64,000 nt of DNA from contig OX597815.1 in the NCBI GenBank assembly GCA_951406725.2, forward strand, positions 197,346,001 through 197,410,000. The letters are read 5' to 3'. Below are positions 1 through 15,580 of the stretch, one piece after another. The stretch comes from Octopus vulgaris. Lineage: Eukaryota. The notes below the pieces were generated by a model that was not told the DNA's origin, did not search any database, and saw nothing but the letters and a program-made list of their open reading frames with translations. Both the position numbers and the translations under genes were made by a program. Numbering within the stretch: position 1 is the first letter of the stretch; each line of letters opens with the position of its first letter.

Positions 1-201
1 CTCTCTCATATTCCGGTTCTTCTGTAACTCTGTTCGACTCTGCTTGTTCGTTCTCGCTTTGCGTGTCTCTGCTGTATCTGTTCTGGTTTCATTGTTTCGC
101 CTCCTCATCGCTTTATATCTCTATTTCCTCTTCTGACATCTCTGTTGTTAACTCTTCTATAACTTTAGTTATATATTTGCAAAGGGAGGCCTACATTTCA
201 T

Positions 202-643
202 GGATCTTTTCGGTTTGAACGGCAGTTTTTAGCATAATTTCTAGGTAACTAAAACATTTTAAACTTCGTATACTGGTAGAATGTGTTTATAAAACATATT
301 TTTCTCTTGACTTTATTGAGAAAATTCTATAGTTTGTAAGATATTTGTTGTTGTTTTTCTACAATTTCTGCAATTTCAACCAATCAGTGACGTCTATTGA
401 GTTAAAAAGCATTCTGTGCCGTATGAATGTGTCCCTCGCTTAAGAAACGTTTATTTACATTTGTGAAGAAAAAGATACCCTTCCCCAACCCCTAACCCTA
501 ACCCTAACTCACCCTGACTAACACTAACTAAGCCTAACCCTAAAAGAGATTGAAATGCTATAGATCGGTTCTAGGGTCATAATTATGGGTGACAATTTCA
601 TATGACACCGCTAGAAAAACTGCCGTTCAAAACGAAAAGATCC
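202..643. mobile_element. MITE with ~29-bp TIRs and 8-bp TSD (Merlin-like), copy 1
   Basis: TIRs GGATCTTTTCGGTTTGAACGGCAGTTTTT / AAAAACTGCCGTTCAAAACGAAAAGATCC. Flanks CATTTCAT / CTTTTCAT. Related copy at 31989-32351. GG termini plus 8-bp TSD suggest Merlin (inference). Confidence 0.85.
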
Positions 644-668
644 CTTTTCATCGACAATCAGGGATTGT

Positions 669-713
669 CACACGCTGATGACGGGTCAATACCCAGAAAC
701 TCGAGTCCGTGTG
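669..713 (+). ncRNA. Type I minimal hammerhead ribozyme motif (Penelope-type)
   Basis: CACACG-CTGATGA-cGGGTcaatACCCa-GAAA-C(TCGA)G-TC-CGTGTG: intact core, 6-bp stem I, 4-bp stem II, palindromic mini stem III, GUC cleavage triplet. Confidence 0.8.
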
Positions 714-924
714 TATCATAGGTTGAAGACTGGAAGGATGGCTTCCCTTTGCAAATACTGATAGGTCACAGAAAATGTGTCAATAGCCAGCTGCAGGAGG
801 TGTCCTCCTGGGGCTACAAGCTACAGTAGCATCCACCCTTAGGGGTTAGCCACATTTAAGTGGTAAATGTACTTCACGATGTTGTGCAGCTACTGTTTAT
901 ATCTCGTTCAGAGACTTATTATTG

Positions 925-949
925 CTTATATATATATATGTATGTATGC

Positions 950-982
<33 letters not shown>

Positions 983-1135
983 TGTATGTATGCACGTACG
1001 TACGTACGTATGTATGTATGTATGTGTGTATTTGTCAGTATCTGTGTGTACATGTTCACACACACACACTTATATATACAGACTTGTATACATGTGTATG
1101 TATATACATGTGCACAGACTTACACACTTATATCG
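925..1135. repeat. Compound (TA)n/(TATG)n/(CA)n microsatellite
   Basis: Direct reading. Confidence 0.9.
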
Positions 1136-1695
1136 TAAGGCAAAAGACTAAAATGTAAGTAAATATGATGCAGTAGTTATACGTTTACTTACGAAAGAGA
1201 ACACAATCGTAAATTAATGTGTTGTAATACTGATCACGCCAACCAGAATGTTGAAATTGTTAACATCTGTTGACGATCAAGTGGTAACACGCAAAAGCAC
1301 TTTACTTAATTATTTTAGCCCGTTGTTCATACAAAAATTTTCTGATTAACACTTGCTTTCTTCAAAGAAAATTATAAAACTTTGTATGCAGGATTAGAAT
1401 TATTTTCAAACAAGAATTTAAAATTTGTCTTACTAGGTAACACTTAGGATGAAATTGTTAAGAAGTATAATGCATTAATTCACAGTGGATTTAATTCACG
1501 AAAATTTTATCAACATCTTACAATTCTCAGTTACAGCGTCTGCTTCAAATACAGGCTGAAAATGTATATCAAGTTTACACAGCCAACGTGAAAAAAATAT
1601 GAAACAGTATGCTTAGGATAAAAAGAAGATTTTGTAAATAAAAAGGACTTTGTGGAAAGAAGTAGTTGAGTGCATATACTCCTATAAAAGGAAAT

Positions 1696-2355
<660 letters not shown>

Positions 2356-2384
2356 AATAATAATAATAATAATAACAATGATGA

Positions 2385-2597
2385 TGGTTTCAAATTTTGT
2401 CACAAGGACAGTGGTTTTAGGGGAGGTGATGAGTCGATTTCATCGATCCCAGTCTTCAACTGGTACTTAATTTATCGACCCTAAGAGGGTGAAATGCAAA
2501 GTAAACCACGGCGGAATTTGAACTGAGAACGGAGCGGCAGACGAGATGCCGCTAAGCAAAGAGCCTGGCGTGCTAACAATTCTGCCAACTCACCGTT
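2385..2597 (-). mobile_element. SINE family A (tRNA-like head), diverged
   Basis: Matches the reverse complement of 56988-57216 (GGCAGAA..GTTAGCACGCC head, GTTCAAATTCC B box). Confidence 0.8.
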
Positions 2598-3133
2598 TAA
2601 ATAATAATAATAATAATAATAACGTGGACGTTTAACTTTTGAGAGTGATAAAACACTGATCCGAAATCTATCTAAAAACATTGGCAATAATGACAACAAA
2701 TGCAGCCTAAAATAAAGGTTAAAGTGTTGGACTATATCTGCACATTAATATTTCTGCTTTCCGAATGAAACGATGTATCTTAACTGTGTGTTACTTCCGG
2801 CTTTCGCACAACATTCGTAAACATGCTCGCCACACTGACAAAGCGCTGGACTACACCCGATTAAGTAATACACATTAAAAGTGCTGGATTATACCCGAGT
2901 ACCATACATTGGACTATATCCGGTTAAGTACACATTACAAACACATAAGTATGTAAACTAATTAATTACATATATACCCCCGGTTTTACATGAACACATT
3001 TTAATGTCTGAAAATACCACTAAGTAATATATAAACAAGCGCGCACACACACACACATACCTGAATCGAGTAAAAAAACCACGGTCACTAGTCATTACTG
3101 ATCACAAAAGCCCTAAAGAGATATAGATATATA

Positions 3134-3341
3134 TTTCTTTACTGCCCACAAGGGGCTAAACATAGAGGGGACAAACAAGGACAGACAAAGGGAGTAAGTC
3201 AATTACATTGACCGCAGTGCGAAACTGGTACTTTATTTATCGACCCCGAAAGGATGAAAGGTAAAGTCGACCTCGGCGGAATTTGAACTCAGAACATAAC
3301 GACAGACGAAATACCGCTAAGCACTTCGCCCGGCGCGCTAA
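3134..3341 (-). mobile_element. SINE family A, 5'-truncated
   Basis: Shared core GACCCCGAAAGGATGAAAGG..AAAGTCGACCTCGGCGGAATTTGAACTC. Confidence 0.85.
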
Positions 3342-3601
3342 CCCCCAACACACACGGCTTTAATCACAGAAACAACAGAGGTGGATATTAGTTTTTTGCT
3401 TGTTTATTTGTCTCGTTTAACTACATTTATTTGTTTATAATTATAGAAGCGGTGCTCTATCAATTTGTTTACGCTAATAGATAAGACCCGGAGCCTAGTA
3501 CTAACACGAAAGTGTTAATGACAATTAGCCAAAACCCATGTTGTATCAGAGGAAATATTAACCATGGCAAATAGCAAAATATAGAAATAATATCAGTGAG
3601 G

Positions 3602-3630
<29 letters not shown>

Positions 3631-3632
<2 letters not shown>

Positions 3633-5698
3633 AAGGAAACAGTTGGAATCTACCCATGTCCTGATTGATAATACATCTAATGACGGTGTCACAATAAAAA
3701 CCTGATAATCACTATCTCATATGAGTGAAATTGATAAATCAAAATAATGTGAATAACGGTAGTATTGAAACTAAAGCTCTTGATGGTGACAGTGTTGTAC
3801 CCGGCAGGCTCAGATATACTGGTCCGATTCCAGCTTGTCGTTATCCAGGAAAGGACAAGCACACACAGCGTAGACGAAAAAACAAATAAATGTTCACGGA
3901 GTGTTACTACGTGAGCAACCCTGTAGACGAAAATGGTGTTCATATTCGGGGATACCGACAACGTTTCTGTGATCAATGGAGATAAAGAGGATTGTTTCAA
4001 CTCACGGAACAGAGACTATGTGATCAAGCTAGAGCAATAACAAAAGTCATTGGTTCACATAAATAGAAGAACTAGATAGCTCGAAGCTATCAAAAGATGG
4101 GTTTTGGAAAACAGCAGCAGTGGAAACAATGAAAATACAGTTCCTACTGATAAAAGTTATCTCATAGCAAAAATAAAACGGAGGGGAAATATCTAATAAG
4201 CCACATGAAAGGAACAGTGATAGCTTGCTCGACGAGAAGCATAAAGAGGGTTTGGAAGAAGATAATAAAACTAATGGTGACATGACAGATGGGTAAAATG
4301 CAATCTCCCACAGAATAAAGGCAAGGCTATAGGAGAACAATAGCGACATTATTTGTAACTTTAAAAAGGTTGTTCGGTGGAAATTGAACCAAGAAACGAA
4401 AAATGTGAATGAAATTATGAAATACATCAGAACAAAACACATCACATAAACAAATAATTTGATCAAAGCAGCAAATATTGTTGTAGCAGAAAATGTGGGT
4501 ATTGATGTCAAGAAAAAGATATATAATGGGAGTGACAAAAGAAAAGCTCCATGGTGGAAAAGCGGAATACTGGACACTTCTGTGTAAGCCCGAAAAGAAA
4601 AGGAGCTCAGAAACGAACAGAAATATAGGGCACTGAACAGGAAGTATGATATTCAAAGAAAGGGGCTAAAAGTGGTAATGGAGGAACTGAAACAGCGCCG
4701 CGTTGCAGAATTATTGGATACGAACACAGCAATAGAGCAGAAGAAAACAACATAGCATGGTATTATTGGAAGTAAGAAGATCAGGCTTATGTAGGATGAA
4801 AGATTGCAAAGATAAAGCACCATACAGGAAATTGAAAACGAATGAAACTGAAAATAGGTGGGTACAGAAAAGAATACAAGGTGAATTTCATAGATATGTT
4901 GAAGATAAGATAGACAGAGAAAAAAGATGGCCGTGGATGACTAAAAGTGATTTAAAACCGGAAACGGCGACTCTAATCTCTGCTGCCCAAGAACAAGCAC
5001 TAAGAACAAACTACATAAAATACAAAATAGACAACACAGCAGAAAGTGACAAGTGCAGAATCTGTGGAAAAACCCTTTGAAACCGTATGGCATATAACCA
5101 GCCAATGTGCGCCACTAGCCAAGAAGGAGTATAAGAGATGCTACGGCAATATAGCTCGGCTTGTCCATTGCATACTTTGAAACAAGTATGGGCTTGACAG
5201 AACAAAAAATTGGTACGACCACAAACCTGAAGGCATCGTCCAAAATAGAAATGCAATGAGCCAATTGTATTTTATGATTCAGTGGGACCATAAGATACAG
5301 AAGAGGAAGCAGAACATAGTCTTAATTAAGAAAGAAAGCAAACTATGCTGGATCATAGACATAGCATGTCCAGTTGACAACAAGGTATGCGATAAGGAAG
5401 AAAGAAAAGTCGAGAGATATGACAGGTCAGCTTGGGAAGTTAAGCAATTGTGGTCGATGAAAACGGTAGCAGTAGTACCAATAATTGGCAGAGCCCTGGG
5501 AACAGTGAACAAAAATCGCAAGAAGTACGTGGAACAAATAGCGGCTGCAATAAGGGTGGAGCACTTACAGAAAGCAGCACTGCTTGGAACCGCTCGAATA
5601 CTCCGGAAGGTGCTCGAAAAATAAGAGATGTTACCTTAGTTCACTGATAGTGAACAGCGAACACTGTAGTACATCTCCAGCGTTAGAAGCTGTGCAAA

Positions 5699-5700
<2 letters not shown>
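3631..5700 (+). mobile_element. Dong/R4-type non-LTR retrotransposon relic (N-terminus plus CCHC/RLE endonuclease, RT deleted)
   Basis: Frames encode LKPETATLISAAQEQALRT, KCRICGK..ETVWHITSQC, CWIIDIACP and LQKAALLGTARILRKVL. Stops and frameshifts present. Flanked by (AAT)n on both sides. Confidence 0.85.
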
Positions 5701-5769
<69 letters not shown>

Positions 5770-5797
5770 TAATAATAATAATATGAATAATAATAAT
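5701..5797. repeat. (AAT)n between two LINEs
   Basis: Direct reading. Confidence 0.95.
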
Positions 5798-7290
<1,493 letters not shown>

Positions 7291-7379
7291 CATTCATTAT
7301 GTTTTCTACCTCGTCTTAATGAATTTCGCATAGCTCCATAACAACTCCGATACAACATACGCATGGAAGATTCCATTAG

Positions 7380-7380
<1 letters not shown>

Positions 7381-7424
<44 letters not shown>

Positions 7425-7511
7425 TATACATATATATGCATACAGACACACATACATATATATACATATACACACACACATATATATACATATATATATA
7501 TATACACATAC

Positions 7512-7597
<86 letters not shown>

Positions 7598-7798
7598 ATA
7601 TATATATTCATATATATATATTCATATATATATATATATATTTATATATATTTAGTTTAAATTTACAGACTGAATTAACTCTTGTTTATTGATCATGTTT
7701 CAAGAAGCCTACGGATATCCCCTGCAGTCCCAAAAACTGATGATCTAGGTGTTCCATCTTTATACTTGTACCGTTTATATTTGTATTTTTACGTATAC

Positions 7799-7881
<83 letters not shown>

Positions 7882-7912
7882 CACACTTACATACATAAAT
7901 ACATACATACAT

Positions 7913-7988
<76 letters not shown>

Positions 7989-8000
7989 TATGCATGTATA
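7381..8000. repeat. (TA)n-dominated compound microsatellite with a ~140-bp unique insert (7655-7795)
   Basis: Direct reading. Confidence 0.85.
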
Positions 8001-8350
8001 TAAGCATGTTTTCATTTCGAGTTATTTAACCTCTGCACTAAAACATCATGAATTCCTTACATTATTCGACGCACTTCGCTATCTTATAGAATCATGATGT
8101 GTTGTAATCGTGACGTTAATTAAATTTAATTAATTATCACTTATTAGATAATACGCAGACTTAATTTAGAACTGCGTGAACATTTAGTCGAACATTCTAT
8201 ACACAGCAGTGAAAAAAAGGAATTTTAGTTTTTATAATTTTATCGGAGAGGTAAAGATGGTAAAATAAATTGATGGTTAACAAACTGTCGTCAGGTTTTC
8301 TGTGGAAAAGAAAACATTCAATTCACCATAGGTAAAAATAAATAACAATA

Positions 8351-8885
8351 GGCGTAGGTGTGACTGTGTGGTTAGTATAGGCGCAGGTGTGGCTGCGTCG
8401 CAAATAGCTTGCTTACCAACCACATGGTTCCGGGTTCAGTCCCATTGCGTGGCACCTTGGGAAGTGTCTTCTACTATATTCTCGGCCGACCAAAGCTTTG
8501 TGAGTGGATTTGGTTGACGGAAACTGAAAGAAGCCCGTCATATACATGTATATATATACATATCAATATATACATATTAATACATACATACACACACACA
8601 CATGTATATATATATTACTATATACATATATATATTAATATATACATACATATATATACATATGCATGTGTGTGTATATGTTTGTGTCTGTGCTTGTCCC
8701 CCCCCCCAACATCACTTGACAACCGATACTGGTGTGTTTACCTCCCCGTAACTTAGCAGTTCGTCAAAAGTAACTGATAGAATAAGTACTAGGCTAAGAA
8801 AGACTAAGTCCTGGGCTCTATTTGCTCGACTAAAGGCGGTGCTCCAGCATGGCCACAGTCAGATGACTGAAACAAGTAAAAGAAT
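8351..8885 (+). mobile_element. SINE family B (tRNA-like head, internal microsatellite), head partly duplicated
   Basis: GGCGCAGG.GTGGCTG head, CCGGGTTCAGTCCC B box, tail GGCGGTGCTCCAGCATGGCC...TGACTGAAACAAGTAAAAGA. Confidence 0.9.
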
Positions 8886-9177
8886 ACGTTAAAATTTGAT
8901 TGTAAATTAAAAGCGTGACATACATGTATACGTACATTCGTGCGTACATGAATACCTACATACAAACATATATAGATATACGCTTGCATACACATATACA
9001 TGCATACATACATATAGGCATTCACGCATAAGTACATGCACGCATGCATGCTTACATACATGCAAGCATCCATACATAAATGCATGCATACATACGTTCA
9101 TACATGCATATATATATGTATACATATATATACATACAGACATGCATATACACATAATGCATACATACATAAGAATG

Positions 9178-9209
<32 letters not shown>

Positions 9210-9240
9210 CATACCAACAGCCATATATATATATTATATA

Positions 9241-9462
9241 TTTCTTTATTGCCCACAAGGGGCTAAACATAGAGGAGACAATCAAAGACATACAAAGGGA
9301 TTAAGTCGATTACATGGACCCCCGTGCGTAACTGGTACTTAATTTATCGACCCCGAAAGTATGAAACGCAAAGTCGACCTCGGCGGAATTTGAACTCGGA
9401 ACGTAACGACAGGCGAAATACGGCTACGCATTTCGCCCGGCGTGCTAACGTTTCTGCCAGCT
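9241..9462 (-). mobile_element. SINE family A
   Basis: Near-identical to 3134-3341 and 55841-56070. Confidence 0.9.
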
Positions 9463-9559
9463 ACCTGCAATCATACAGTCTCACACCGATATATTTTAAC
9501 ATGCATTCATCTCGTCAACCATCCAGAAACGTAAACATACATCTTTTGTATATCTTATT

Positions 9560-9815
9560 CTTTTCCTCTATTTGTTTCAGTCATTTGACAGCGGCAAAAA
9601 CAGAGACACACTTAGATGCACACTCATACACACACTCCCCTCCCACACACACACATATATATGTGACGAGTTTCTTTGAGTTTCTGTCTACTAAATCCAC
9701 TCACAAGGCTTTGGTTCACCGGAAGCTATAGTAGAACACACTTGCAGAAGCTTTCACGCTGTGAGACTTGATCCGGAATCATTTGGTTGGAAAGCCAGCT
9801 TCTTTACCATACAGC
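9560..9815 (-). mobile_element. SINE family B, internally deleted and diverged
   Basis: TTTCAGTCATTTGAC tail and AAATCCACTCACAAGGCTTTGG core. Confidence 0.7.
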
Positions 9816-10472
9816 CTATAAGCTAAACAAATTTTGAACTTCGAATATAAATACAGTTCAAGAGATACACATTGAAAAAGAGCAGATAAATGTGATGTTT
9901 TCGAACGCACTATCATTTCTTTAACGAATATTGTTTCATGGAGATGGAGAAAACCATCAACGCAAAATTTTCTGTTTGCTAATAGTTCCCCCAAGGCAAG
10001 CGTAAATATCGGCTGATTTACATTACTTGGTGCAGAACATTTTTAACATGTCATTCTCGATCATTCTTGATTAATCAAAAACGAAGTATTTTAGAGAGCT
10101 AGCTCGGAAAACTGACTAGCAAGTGCGGCATCATACCTTTGAGCAATATAGACCAGATCTTGCTAACAATAATGGTAAGAATCTACCACCAGCAATACCA
10201 TTACATACATCTAAAAAAATTGACATCGATGCATGAAATAACCGTTAATATCTGATTATTAGCAATATTGTTATTAAATGTTTTTTTTTTGTTCTTTTTT
10301 TTTGCTGCTTTAAAATAGGCTGAAAATTTATCTGTAAGGATTTAATGTGAAAATATGCTTTGCGAAATTTGTGATTTCTTTCATTTTGCTGTACGTTATA
10401 TGAGATGTAAATTTGCTTCACGTAATATTTATAATAGTATTGAAGCGTGGAAAATTGTTTCTTTTATATGTG

Positions 10473-10861
10473 GGATTGAAGCACTCCGTCGGTTACGACG
10501 ATGAGGGTTCCGGTTGATCCGAATCAACGGAACAGCCTGCTCGTGAAATTAACGTGTAAGTGGCTGAGCACTCCACAGACACGTGCACCCTTAACGTAGT
10601 TCTCGGGGATATTCAGCGTGACACAGAGAGTGACAAGGCCGGCCCCTTGAAATACAGGTACAACAGAAACAGGAAGTAAGAGTGAGAGAAAGTTGTGGTG
10701 AAAGAGTACAGCAGGGATCACCACCATCCCCTGCCGGAGCCCCGTGGAGCTTTTAGGTGTTTTCGCTCAATAAACACTCGCAACGCCCGGTCTGGGAATC
10801 GAAACCGCGATCCTATGACCGCGAGTCCGCTGCCCTAACCACTGGGCCGTTGCGCCTCCAC
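10473..10861 (-). mobile_element. SINE family C, tail type 1
   Basis: Minus-strand head TGGAGGCGCAACGGCCCAGTGGTTAGGGCAGCGGACTCGCGG..GGTTTCGATTCC (tRNA A/B boxes). Confidence 0.9.
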
Positions 10862-11502
10862 TCTTTTATATGTGTCCTGTGTATGGTGCTAAAAATTTTG
10901 CTAATATTCTTTGAAAATCTTTTCTGTAAACGAATATATTTTATTTGTTGCAAGTTTTAATTCGGAAAATACCGAATTGCTGTGTTTCCCTTTATAACAA
11001 AGTCCTGCAACTAAATTTAGCTTTAGGAAACCAAACTCATTCGAACCCAATATTGAACTTGTAACTTTCAAATTGTAGGCGCTACTATTCGATTAATCAG
11101 CTCAAAGAATACTTAATGAATTAGGAGTATTATATACTAAAATATAGAAAGCTAATAAATATGTACACACTCACACACACGAACACCATATACGCACATA
11201 TATATTAAACATGTCACTTTTAGATTTCCCCATTTTCAACAACCGTTCTCTGGGCCTTAATGTTTGTTTATAAAAATGTCATTACATTCTAAAGGCTATT
11301 ATTGAAGTTATATGAAAGACAATACCTGCTTTCAGAGTTTGTTTAGCTTAATGCTACGTAGTTTTCTGCCAGAATTATGAGCGTAGAGAGTTCGATTCTC
11401 TATAGTGACTTACTGGTCACAGATTTTTCCCGTATGTAGAAGGTGATTTTACAGAAACTCATAAAAGCTATTTTCACAAATATTTCCTTACTTATATATA
11501 TA

Positions 11503-11891
11503 GGCGCAGGAGTGGCTGTGTGGTAAGTAGCTTGCTTACCAACGACATGGTTCCGGGTTCAGTCCCACTGCGTGACATCTTGGGCAAGTGTCTTCAGCTA
11601 TAGCCCCGGGCCGACCAATGCATTGTGAGTGGATTTGGTAAATGGAAACTGAAAGAAGCCTGTCGTATATATGTATGTGTGTGTATATATTTGTGTGTCT
11701 GTGTTTGTCCCCCAAGCATTGCTTGACAACCGATGGTGGTGTGTTTACGTCCCCGTCACCTAGCGGTTCGGCAAAGGAGACCGATAGAATAAGTACTGGG
11801 CTTACAAAGAATAAGTCCCAGGGTCGATTTGCTCGACTAAAGGCGGTGCTCCAGCATGGCCGCAGTCAAATGACTGAAACAATTAAAAGAG
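11503..11891 (+). mobile_element. SINE family B, full length
   Basis: Near-identical to 12707-13125. Confidence 0.92.
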
Positions 11892-12706
11892 TATATATAT
11901 GTACACACAGATATATACAAGTGTGTATCTGTCTATCGCATTTCTCACACTTTTTTTCCACTTCTCGACAGTTTCCGCAAATTGTGTTTCATTTTATAGC
12001 CCAGCCACGGCTCTATAATACTACTGATAGTGTGGATACACGTTACTTTGAAAACTACTTAGCAGGAAATATATATGAAGGGAATTATATTTAATGTTTG
12101 TGTCATCAAACGATTCCTGTTACAGGCATACAGTGATAATGCGAATATTCGAATATAAACTTCACATCGAAAGTTCATCCAATATAATATTGTCTGTCAT
12201 ATGCTATAACATTAACATACATCACCCAACGTGTATAAAAACAAATGAAAAAAGTTCAGATGATCAAAGAAATGTGTTTATTAGCCATGTCATATTTCGC
12301 GTTAAGTTGTAAAGTGAGTATTTGAAATTGTATTAAAAAATATATTCTTTGAAATGTATTTCAATTAAAAATTATGTGATATCTATCCGAATACATTAAG
12401 ATAAGCTGTGTGATTGTCGTATTTACGAAAATAACAATGCATTGGTGTTTTTTCGTTTTCCAAAAATTAGTTTAATATGTCTATTTAATGAGCATTAAAT
12501 ATTGTGAAATGAATCGAATAGTGTACCATTTCTGCTATCTCTAATGCATATCATGTAGGGTTGTTAATTGCATTAGGAAATTCTATTTAGCCAGTGTTCT
12601 TCATGTTACTTTTGTGAATTGTTGTAAGTTGAATACTTTGACGTATATTGTAATGTGTAGTTTAGTATACCAAAAATAAATATATAAATAAATAAATAAA
12701 TAAATA

Positions 12707-13125
12707 GGCGCAGGAGTGGCTGTGTGGTAAGTAGCTTACTAACCAACCACATGGTTCCGGGTTCAGTCCCACTGCGTGGCATCTTGGGCAAGTGTCTTCT
12801 GCTATAGCCCCGGGCCGACCAATGCCTTGTGAGTGGATTTGGTAGACGGAAACTGAAAGAAGCCTGTCGTATATATGTATATATATATATATATATGTGT
12901 ATGTGTGTGTATGTGTTTGTGTGTCTGTGTTTGTCCCCCTAACATTGCTGGCTGGTATATTTACGTCCCCGTCACTTAGCGGTTCGGCAAAAGAGACCGA
13001 TAGAATAAGTACTGGGCTTACAAAGAATAAGTCCCGGGGTCGATTTGCTCGACTAAAGGCGGTGCTCCAGCATGGCCGCAGTCAAATGACTGAAACAAGT
13101 AAAAGAGAAAGAGTAAAGAGTAAAT
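12707..13125 (+). mobile_element. SINE family B, full length
   Basis: Head, core, internal (TA)/(TG) tract and AAAGAGT tail. Confidence 0.92.
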
Positions 13126-13399
13126 AAAATAAAATAAAGTCTCTATGCCGATTGAAATGGAACAGTGTGATAATAACTTAATATTTTAGGCATAAAACTG
13201 ATCGTTCCGGACCAGCCGTTTATGCGAAGCAGAAGAAAAAAGTCGTAAAGTGTTGGGTGTTTATTCGGCGATTTATTCTTAGAAAATATGTAATTTCTTC
13301 AGATTGAACACATACTAGCAAGTTAGTTATAATATATATAAACATATAGATGTGTGTGGGTGTGTTTATATACACACGCATACACAAATACCTATTCAT

Positions 13400-14290
13400 T
13401 GGATGTGCCTACTGAATTTGACGTTATTCTATGTCTCGTTTTGTCAGAAGCAGCTTGACAAATTGATGAATAGTGAACTGCATTGGAGGGCATAATGATT
13501 AAAGTTGCAGTTGAGACAAAATTAGGTGGAATTCAGCCGATTACTGGGAAAAGAAAATATCTGTATTATAATGATTCACGTAGGGTGTCAAAATGCCAAC
13601 CCCATGAGTGATCCTCAATGTTTTATGAACACAGCAAAGGATTAAGGACAGGATATGAAGATCTGCAATGGAGACTATGATGCTGTAACCAGCAAGGAGG
13701 TCGGCAGGAGTCATTTTTACTTCACCCACAAGTTGGAATTTATCCAAGAACTGATTAACAGTGCCTTAAACTCAATCCAGATGGCTATGGAAAGCAGATA
13801 AAAATTGTGGTCAAACTCTGATCGAAGAGGGTTGCTCCTGTCTGGATTTGACTACAGGTGTGAAAAGCCACATGTGTGACAGCAGGATTCGGCTGTTTGC
13901 CATACTTCCAGAAAATGTCAGAAGTGGTTGTCGGCAAATTTATTCGACTTTACCAGTTCCTACTTCTGGCCTCCTAATTTCGACGATTGCAATACCATGG
14001 GTAACTATGTGTGATGCACGGTTGAGAAACTCACAAATCTTGGCCGTGCTGGTGGCCAAGATTAAGAAGTCATTCGAAGATCTACTAACGTACTCGGTGA
14101 GGAACGCATGCACCAGATTCCAGAGTAGTCTCGAGAACATGGTGGCAGGTGAGGGCAGCTACTTTGAGTAATCTGTTATCTCCAACCCATAATCCGCTGA
14201 AAATGTTCCGAATGTCTAAATACTTTTACTTTTGTGTGGGATATTGTATTATCTTTTCCTTTTTTATAGAAACTGTCTAATTTAGGCTAC
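13400..14290 (+). mobile_element. Tc1/mariner (DD37D-like) transposase relic
   Basis: Frames give FWPPNF.DCN.M.NYV (degenerate WPPNSPDLNP) and VRNACTRFQSSLENMVAGEGSYFE* C-terminus. Boundaries approximate. Confidence 0.65.
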
Positions 14291-14347
14291 GCGGATAACT
14301 CGATTGTAGTTTCAGTTTACTAGCTGTTATCAGGTATTCTGTAGAAT

Positions 14348-15175
14348 AGGGGGAGAATTCACGAAAATAAATAAAAGACGAAGACAGGTGGTGTAGAAAA
14401 CAGGAATTGAAAATGTCTATTAAGTTTCGAGTCTACGCTCTTCCACAGAAAGGAACACAGAAAGAAACAAGGAGAGAAAAAATGTGTGTAGTGGCTACTT
14501 AGTAAAGCATTTTGCAGAGATTATCTTTAGCAGGTAGATTAAAGTGAACGACAATTTCGAGTGGTGTTAGTAGAAAGGTTAACAGCTGTTTACGCAGGGA
14601 ATGATACAAATCAAAAGAAAGAAGCTGTGTGTTTGTTGGATGTTGGTTGAGAGAAAGGACTGGTTTGATATAAAAAGTTTGGTTAATTTTAAAGGTATAG
14701 ACAACCTTGTTAGTAAACAGATGCTTCGTATTCACATCACAATTTGTGCATTCGAAGTTTGCTCTTTTGCGACTGATGAAGAGTCATTGTGTATAACTAT
14801 GTCTTTGGATCATCTTCGAGCTTGCAAAACAAAGCGTGTAGAAATAAGTAGTAGAAAATAAGTCAGAGATGATTAAGACATTCGATATTGGATACTGGGG
14901 TGATTTGAACAAAAATGAAAAGTAAAAGAAATAGAGATATACATTGGATGGATAACAACGGGATAATAGAATACGAAGAAACTGAAAATGTGTTTGGTTA
15001 TATATTCGGAAAGAAATATGGAGAACGCAAGCGAAGGAAATAATATAGAAGAGTAACAGAGTAGTTGATAGGACTGAGATTGTGGGATAGTGAGATATGA
15101 GAAGCAAAGGAAATTTAAGATTCCGGAGGAAAAGGAGTAAAAAAATTAACGAGACATGAACAAAAAATTTTTCAT
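14348..15175 (-). mobile_element. Penelope-like relic with pLTR family D end
   Basis: 14348-14495 matches 28272-28410 and 36194-36395. Minus frame VVYTFKINQTFYI loosely resembles a GIY-YIG start. Hammerhead-like motif at 14418-14452. Confidence 0.5.
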
Positions 15176-15343
15176 GAGTACAAATCTTATTTATACACTA
15201 TGCTTGCTTCTGCAATTTATTTCTGGGTGTATATATATATACATATAGATTTATACATCCACACACACATGCACGTATAACCACACACACACACACAAAT
15301 ATATATATAAACATATTTTCTTAGAATTGTACGTATGTACACA

Positions 15344-15397
<54 letters not shown>

Positions 15398-15507
15398 TAG
15401 ATAGATATAGATTTATACATCCACACACACATGCACGTATAACCACACACAAACACAAATATATATATATAAACTTATTTTCTTAGTATTGTACGTATGT
15501 ACACATT

Positions 15508-15580
<73 letters not shown>

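Noticed and set aside
10790-10861. tRNA gene candidates at SINE heads (also 18104, 40237, 41700)
   Set aside because: A/B boxes are present, but the sequences run into SINE bodies without a clean acceptor stem or terminator.
11642-12094. 150-aa ORF and similar ORFs ending in ARLKAVLQHGRSQMTET
   Set aside because: These are chance frames through SINE family B, which explains why they recur.
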